This document shows, one piece after another, positions 60,843-64,000 of a stretch of 64,000 nt of DNA (positions are counted from its first letter, which is position 1; the number at the start of each line of letters is the position of its first letter). A program made the position numbers and the translations under genes. Origin of the DNA: Ostreococcus lucimarinus (taxonomy: Eukaryota). The notes under the pieces are model-generated. The model saw only the letters and a program-made list of their open reading frames with translations. It made no database searches and was not told the origin of the DNA. The stretch lies in the NCBI GenBank assembly GCA_000092065.1, contig CP000598.1. One strand, written 5' to 3'.

Positions 60843-61538
60843 GTGGGGAAAGGCGAACGCGCGACGTCGTCGCGCGCGCCCCCGCGCGTCCCGGAGCGAA
60901 CCGCGCGTCGTCGTCGTCGCCGTCGCCGTCGCGCGCGTACGCTTCGGAACGCGAAAATCGTTTTTCGTCGCGGGGGGACTGCGGTGCGGGTCGTCTCACA
61001 CTTCGGGACGCCGACGATGGTGTCGTCCGGCGACGCCGACGTCGACGACGCGGTCGAACGACGCCATCGGCGCGGTCGCGGTCGCGCCGTTCACGATCTT
61101 CTGCCGTCGTCCTCGACGGCGCCAGCGCGCGCAGCGGCAGATCTCGCGGCGATTCAAAAAACCGATACGATCGACGATCGCGCCAACGCGAAACGCGCGC
61201 GAACAGCGACGGCGTCGCCCGACGAGAGTTCCCCTCCCATGATTTCGTTCGACGATATGTTCATCGATGCGCTCGACGGCTTCACGACGTACACCGAGGC
61301 GAAAACGAACACCGTCCCGCCGGTTGAAGCAGCAACCGGTCGAGGCGCGCTCCCGAGGCGGTTTTGCAAGAGCTGTCGGAAAGCGCTCGACGTGTTTCGT
61401 GATTTCGACGGGGAGCTGAAGACGTGTCGACTGTGTTTGCGCGTGCGCAAGAAGGACGCGAAACGCAAACGCGCGCTACGGCGGGCGGACGCGAAAAGGT
61501 CGGGCGACGGCGACGGTAAAAAAGGCGCGGCTTCGTAG
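60843..61538 (+). CDS. Hypothetical basic protein with a C-terminal CxxC...CxxC motif. Low confidence.
   Basis: 231-aa ORF. The N-terminus is inside GC-rich low-complexity sequence. The C-terminal segment RFCKSCRKALDVFRDFDGELKTCRLCLRVRKKDAKRKRA looks less repetitive. No family recognised. Confidence 0.2.
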   Translation: MGKGERATSSRAPPRVPERTARRRRRRRRRARTLRNAKIVFRRGGTAVRVVSHFGTPTMVSSGDADVDDAVERRHRRGRGRAVHDLLPSSSTAPARAAADLAAIQKTDTIDDRANAKRARTATASPDESSPPMISFDDMFIDALDGFTTYTEAKTNTVPPVEAATGRGALPRRFCKSCRKALDVFRDFDGELKTCRLCLRVRKKDAKRKRALRRADAKRSGDGDGKKGAAS

Positions 61539-61629
61539 AGAAGCTGAACGCAGGGAACGACGACGAGTCGCGGATGCGCGCGAAACGATCGATCTTTGAT
61601 TCGACGCGCCTTCGGTATAGTAGTGTGTT

Positions 61630-62292
61630 TTGCTCTGTAGCGACACGGCGATTGGGGTCAGGCTCAACGCGCTGGAGTCGGCGAAGACGGCGCTCGAGCA
61701 AGTGGACGTGGACGTGCGCGCGCTCATCGGTGCGCTGAACGCGACGGACACGGTGATGCGCGCGACAAATGCTGAGTTGAAGACACGGTTGGATGCTTTG
61801 AATACCACGGACGTAGAGATGAAAGCCAAAGACACCGAGTTGAGCGGGCGAATTGATGCCTTGAACGCCACGGATACAGAATTGAAGACCGCGGATGCGT
61901 TGCTGGGGAGCAGAATTGATGCCCTGAATACGACAGACGCGGCGTTGAAAGCCGAGGATGCGAATCTGTCGAACAGAATCGACATCCTGAACGCCACCGA
62001 CGCTGTACTGAAGGGCGTGGACGACGGCTTGTCGAGCCGCATCGACGCCCTGACGAACATTTACGTCAACGAGCTCAATCTCACGGACGAGCAGCTCATC
62101 GTCACCGACGCGACGCTTGGCTCGCGCATCGACAGGTTGAACGAGACGCAGTACGAGCTCAAGGGCATGGACGCGGGTTTATCGATTCGAATCGACGCGC
62201 TCGACGACTCGAAAGCCGAGCTGCAGCGCGTGGATACCGAAGTCGCCGCGGTCATAGCGTCTTTGAACACCATGGGTGAGGAGCTCAAGTAG
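61630..62292 (+). CDS. Tandem-repeat protein with 21-aa (63-nt) repeats of the form RIDALN[AT]TD.ELK..D..L.S, each carrying an N-x-T sequon.
   Basis: At least 7 consecutive units visible in the translation (RLDALNTTDVEMKAKDTELSG / RIDALNATDTELKTADALLGS / RIDALNTTDAALKAEDANLSN / RIDILNATDAVLKGVDDGLSS ...). The same repeat type opens the gene at 63079->64000. Confidence 0.55.
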   Translation: MLCSDTAIGVRLNALESAKTALEQVDVDVRALIGALNATDTVMRATNAELKTRLDALNTTDVEMKAKDTELSGRIDALNATDTELKTADALLGSRIDALNTTDAALKAEDANLSNRIDILNATDAVLKGVDDGLSSRIDALTNIYVNELNLTDEQLIVTDATLGSRIDRLNETQYELKGMDAGLSIRIDALDDSKAELQRVDTEVAAVIASLNTMGEELK

Positions 62293-62321
62293 CTATTTTT
62301 TTCGAAAACACGAGTACTACT

Positions 62322-62546
62322 ATGGCTACTATCTCTACTCCAACTGGCCGCGAAGCCGCGTGGACCGAGCGACTGGAGTCCGTCAGGAAGGATGTCGAGC
62401 GATGTTTTGGTCACTTGAAGAAGCGCTTTCAGATACTTCGCTTGCCATCTAGCGTGATATCGTTCGCCCAGATCGTGTGTCTCCTAAGGTTGAGTCAAGC
62501 CTTCGTGAGGACTAACGGCGCCGTCAGTGGTCGGGGCGTCGGTTAA
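62322..62546 (+). pseudogene. C-terminal fragment of a PIF/Harbinger (DDE_Tnp_4) transposase.
   Basis: RLESVRKDVERCFGHLKKRFQILRLPS matches the characteristic Harbinger C-terminal motif R..VE.aFG.LK.RWRIL. Only about 60 aa are present. Confidence 0.5.
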
Positions 62547-63078
62547 TTCAATGTCTCTGTCTTCTTCGTGTGCGCTATTGTCCACAAAGGCGCGCGTCGC
62601 AATGCGCGCCAGCACCACGCGCCCGGCGTCATCAAGCGCCCGCCCAACGTATTCAACGCTTGTGTGAGGGCTAGCCGCATTTTAACGTCGCACGCTTGCG
62701 ACGTTAACTCGGTTTGTTCCGCAACTTCGAGGTGGTTGTGTATGACTCGGAGGCGCGCGACGCCGTTTTCGCTGCGCCTTCTGATGTGCGCATGCTGTGC
62801 GCTCGCGATAATTCAATCTCATATTGCTTACAGCCTTCGGACCAGGCATTTCCTTCTCTTTTACCTTGTGACAAAGAAGTGGATGAATCAGTGAATACTG
62901 GTATGCTCTGATACTTGAAACCCATGGTCGGGTAATTCTATGTCTCTGTCTTCTTCTTGTTCACATCCAACGTATTCGACACTTGTGCGACAACGAGCGG
63001 AGTAAAAATTTGGCTAAATTCCTGGGCAAATACACACGAATGCACACTGGGCGACTCTAGCGGCGCGGCGTGATCAAA

Positions 63079-64000
63079 TCACCAATACGTTCCGTCGACA
63101 GAGCTCTCAAAAGAGGTGATCGCCACCACGGCGCTGTATGCCCCATTACCGAGGACGAAAACGAACCGATACTCGCCACCATTTGATACACTGAAAACAA
63201 CACTGCTCGCGTCAGATCCGTGCGCGAAGATTTTCGTCCAAGATGATGTCGAACTCTCCAAGTACACATCGCATGAATCGTCAAAAATCAGAGACATAGT
63301 GTAAGAACCACTCGCCAAGGCGTACCAGCCAGAAATTGTGATCCAATTGTTGTTTGTGCCGTAAAAAGAATCGCCCGACGGTCCGCACGCATCGATCCAG
63401 CAGTGCCAGTGATTGCAAAATCCAGTGTTGAACGTTCGATCGGGCTCGTCTTTCTCCAAACACGGTTGACCGTCGATCGTCTCCCATCCGAGACCAATTG
63501 ACCCCGAAGTCTTTGAGTACGCCATGCCCACCTCTCGCCATGCACCCTCGCCACATTGTGTGTAATCGGAGACCCATGTGGAGGCGGCACACGTAGCGCT
63601 GAAAGAAAAGACTCGTTCTTTGACGACAGTTTCCGAAGGACGGCTGCTCCCTGAATATGAAGGTGAACGGTACCACACGTCACTGGATGACGGTCTTCCG
63701 CTTTGCGTCGTTTGACTCACCTGATTAGGACTCGGTGGCGGCGGACTCGGTGGCGGACTCGGCGGCGGGCTCGGCGGCGTCTCGCACGTTTCTCCCGACC
63801 AAGAGCCGGCACACACGCATGTCCACTGCGTGCCGTCGTACTGCAACTTTTCGCCTCCGGGAGGTATACATTTTGGTGGTAAAGTGCTGTTTGAAAGCGC
63901 GTCCACGCGCGCGAGAAGCTCGTTGATTCTGCTCAGCAACGCCGTTTCGTTCGCCTTGAGTTCGGCGTTCGTGGCGTTGAGCGCGTCCAGTCTGCTCGTC
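63079..64000 (-). CDS. Partial gene; the N-terminus lies beyond the window. Order: NxT-containing coiled-coil repeats, a Cys-rich segment, a PSPPPSPPPSPPPPSP linker, and a Trp/Cys-rich C-terminal domain (possible carbohydrate-binding or adhesion domain).
   Basis: The minus-strand translation of 63940-64000 gives SRLDALNATNAELKANETALLSRINELLARVDALSNST, the same repeat family as 61630-62292. Then CIPPGGEKLQYDGTQWTCVCAGSWSGETCE, an extensin-like SPPP run, and a 200-aa domain with GFCNHWHCWIDACG. Confidence 0.55.
   Translation of the reverse strand, partial: TSRLDALNATNAELKANETALLSRINELLARVDALSNSTLPPKCIPPGGEKLQYDGTQWTCVCAGSWSGETCETPPSPPPSPPPSPPPPSPNQVSQTTQSGRPSSSDVWYRSPSYSGSSRPSETVVKERVFSFSATCAASTWVSDYTQCGEGAWREVGMAYSKTSGSIGLGWETIDGQPCLEKDEPDRTFNTGFCNHWHCWIDACGPSGDSFYGTNNNWITISGWYALASGSYTMSLIFDDSCDVYLESSTSSWTKIFAHGSDASSVVFSVSNGGEYRFVFVLGNGAYSAVVAITSFESSVDGTYW

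Noticed and set aside
1-64000. The possibility that the cluster is an integrated giant-virus (NCLDV) glycosylation island
   Set aside because: FkbM methyltransferases and sugar dehydratases are also common in giant viruses. However, I see no viral hallmark genes (capsid, packaging ATPase, polymerase). The proteins carry eukaryotic Golgi-type signal anchors. A spliceosomal intron, a telomere and a copia element are present. The idea remains testable by phylogeny.
1-64000. CRISPR arrays, rRNA and tRNA genes
   Set aside because: I see no regularly spaced short direct repeats with unique spacers. I see no rRNA-like conserved blocks and no convincing tRNA cloverleaf candidates by eye. tRNAs cannot be fully excluded without tRNAscan.

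Overview
This window is the left end of a eukaryotic chromosome. It opens with about 21 units of (CCCTAAA)n, whose complement is the TTTAGGG-type telomere repeat. The DNA is GC-rich and CpG-rich, and the genes are mostly single-exon. One spliceosomal-type intron is visible: a 107/108-nt GT...AG interruption in a duplicated dehydratase gene. Almost the whole 64 kb is a subtelomeric glycan-biosynthesis supercluster. Most of the proteins have an N-terminal signal-anchor helix, as Golgi type II membrane proteins do. The cluster contains: glycosyltransferases of families GT32 (2), GT90 (2 plus a fragment), GT61-like (2), fucosyltransferase-like (3), GT69, GT64 domain (1), GT-A (1) and GT-B (2); FkbM/Methyltransf_21 methyltransferases (3), another class I methyltransferase and a pseudogene; a carbohydrate sulfotransferase; two nucleotide-sugar transporters; and nucleotide-sugar pathway enzymes. 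The pathway enzymes are two copies of a dTDP/UDP-glucose 4,6-dehydratase, an SDR reductase, a fused ColD-like 3-dehydratase plus GDP-fucose-synthase-like epimerase/reductase, a fused UDP-GlcNAc 2-epimerase plus GT64 domain, and a deleted UDP-sugar dehydrogenase remnant. The region has been heavily rearranged: there are segmental duplications, internally deleted gene copies, one intact young Ty1/copia element with identical LTRs plus several copia/LTR fragments, a Harbinger transposase fragment, and GC-rich arginine-coding low-complexity blocks that produce many spurious ORFs on both strands. A small cold-shock-domain gene sits between two 275-bp direct repeats. Two convergent genes at the right edge encode 21-aa tandem-repeat proteins with one N-x-T sequon per repeat. 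I could not run any database search. Every family assignment rests on motifs I recognised by eye and should be confirmed by BLASTP/HMMER/HHpred.
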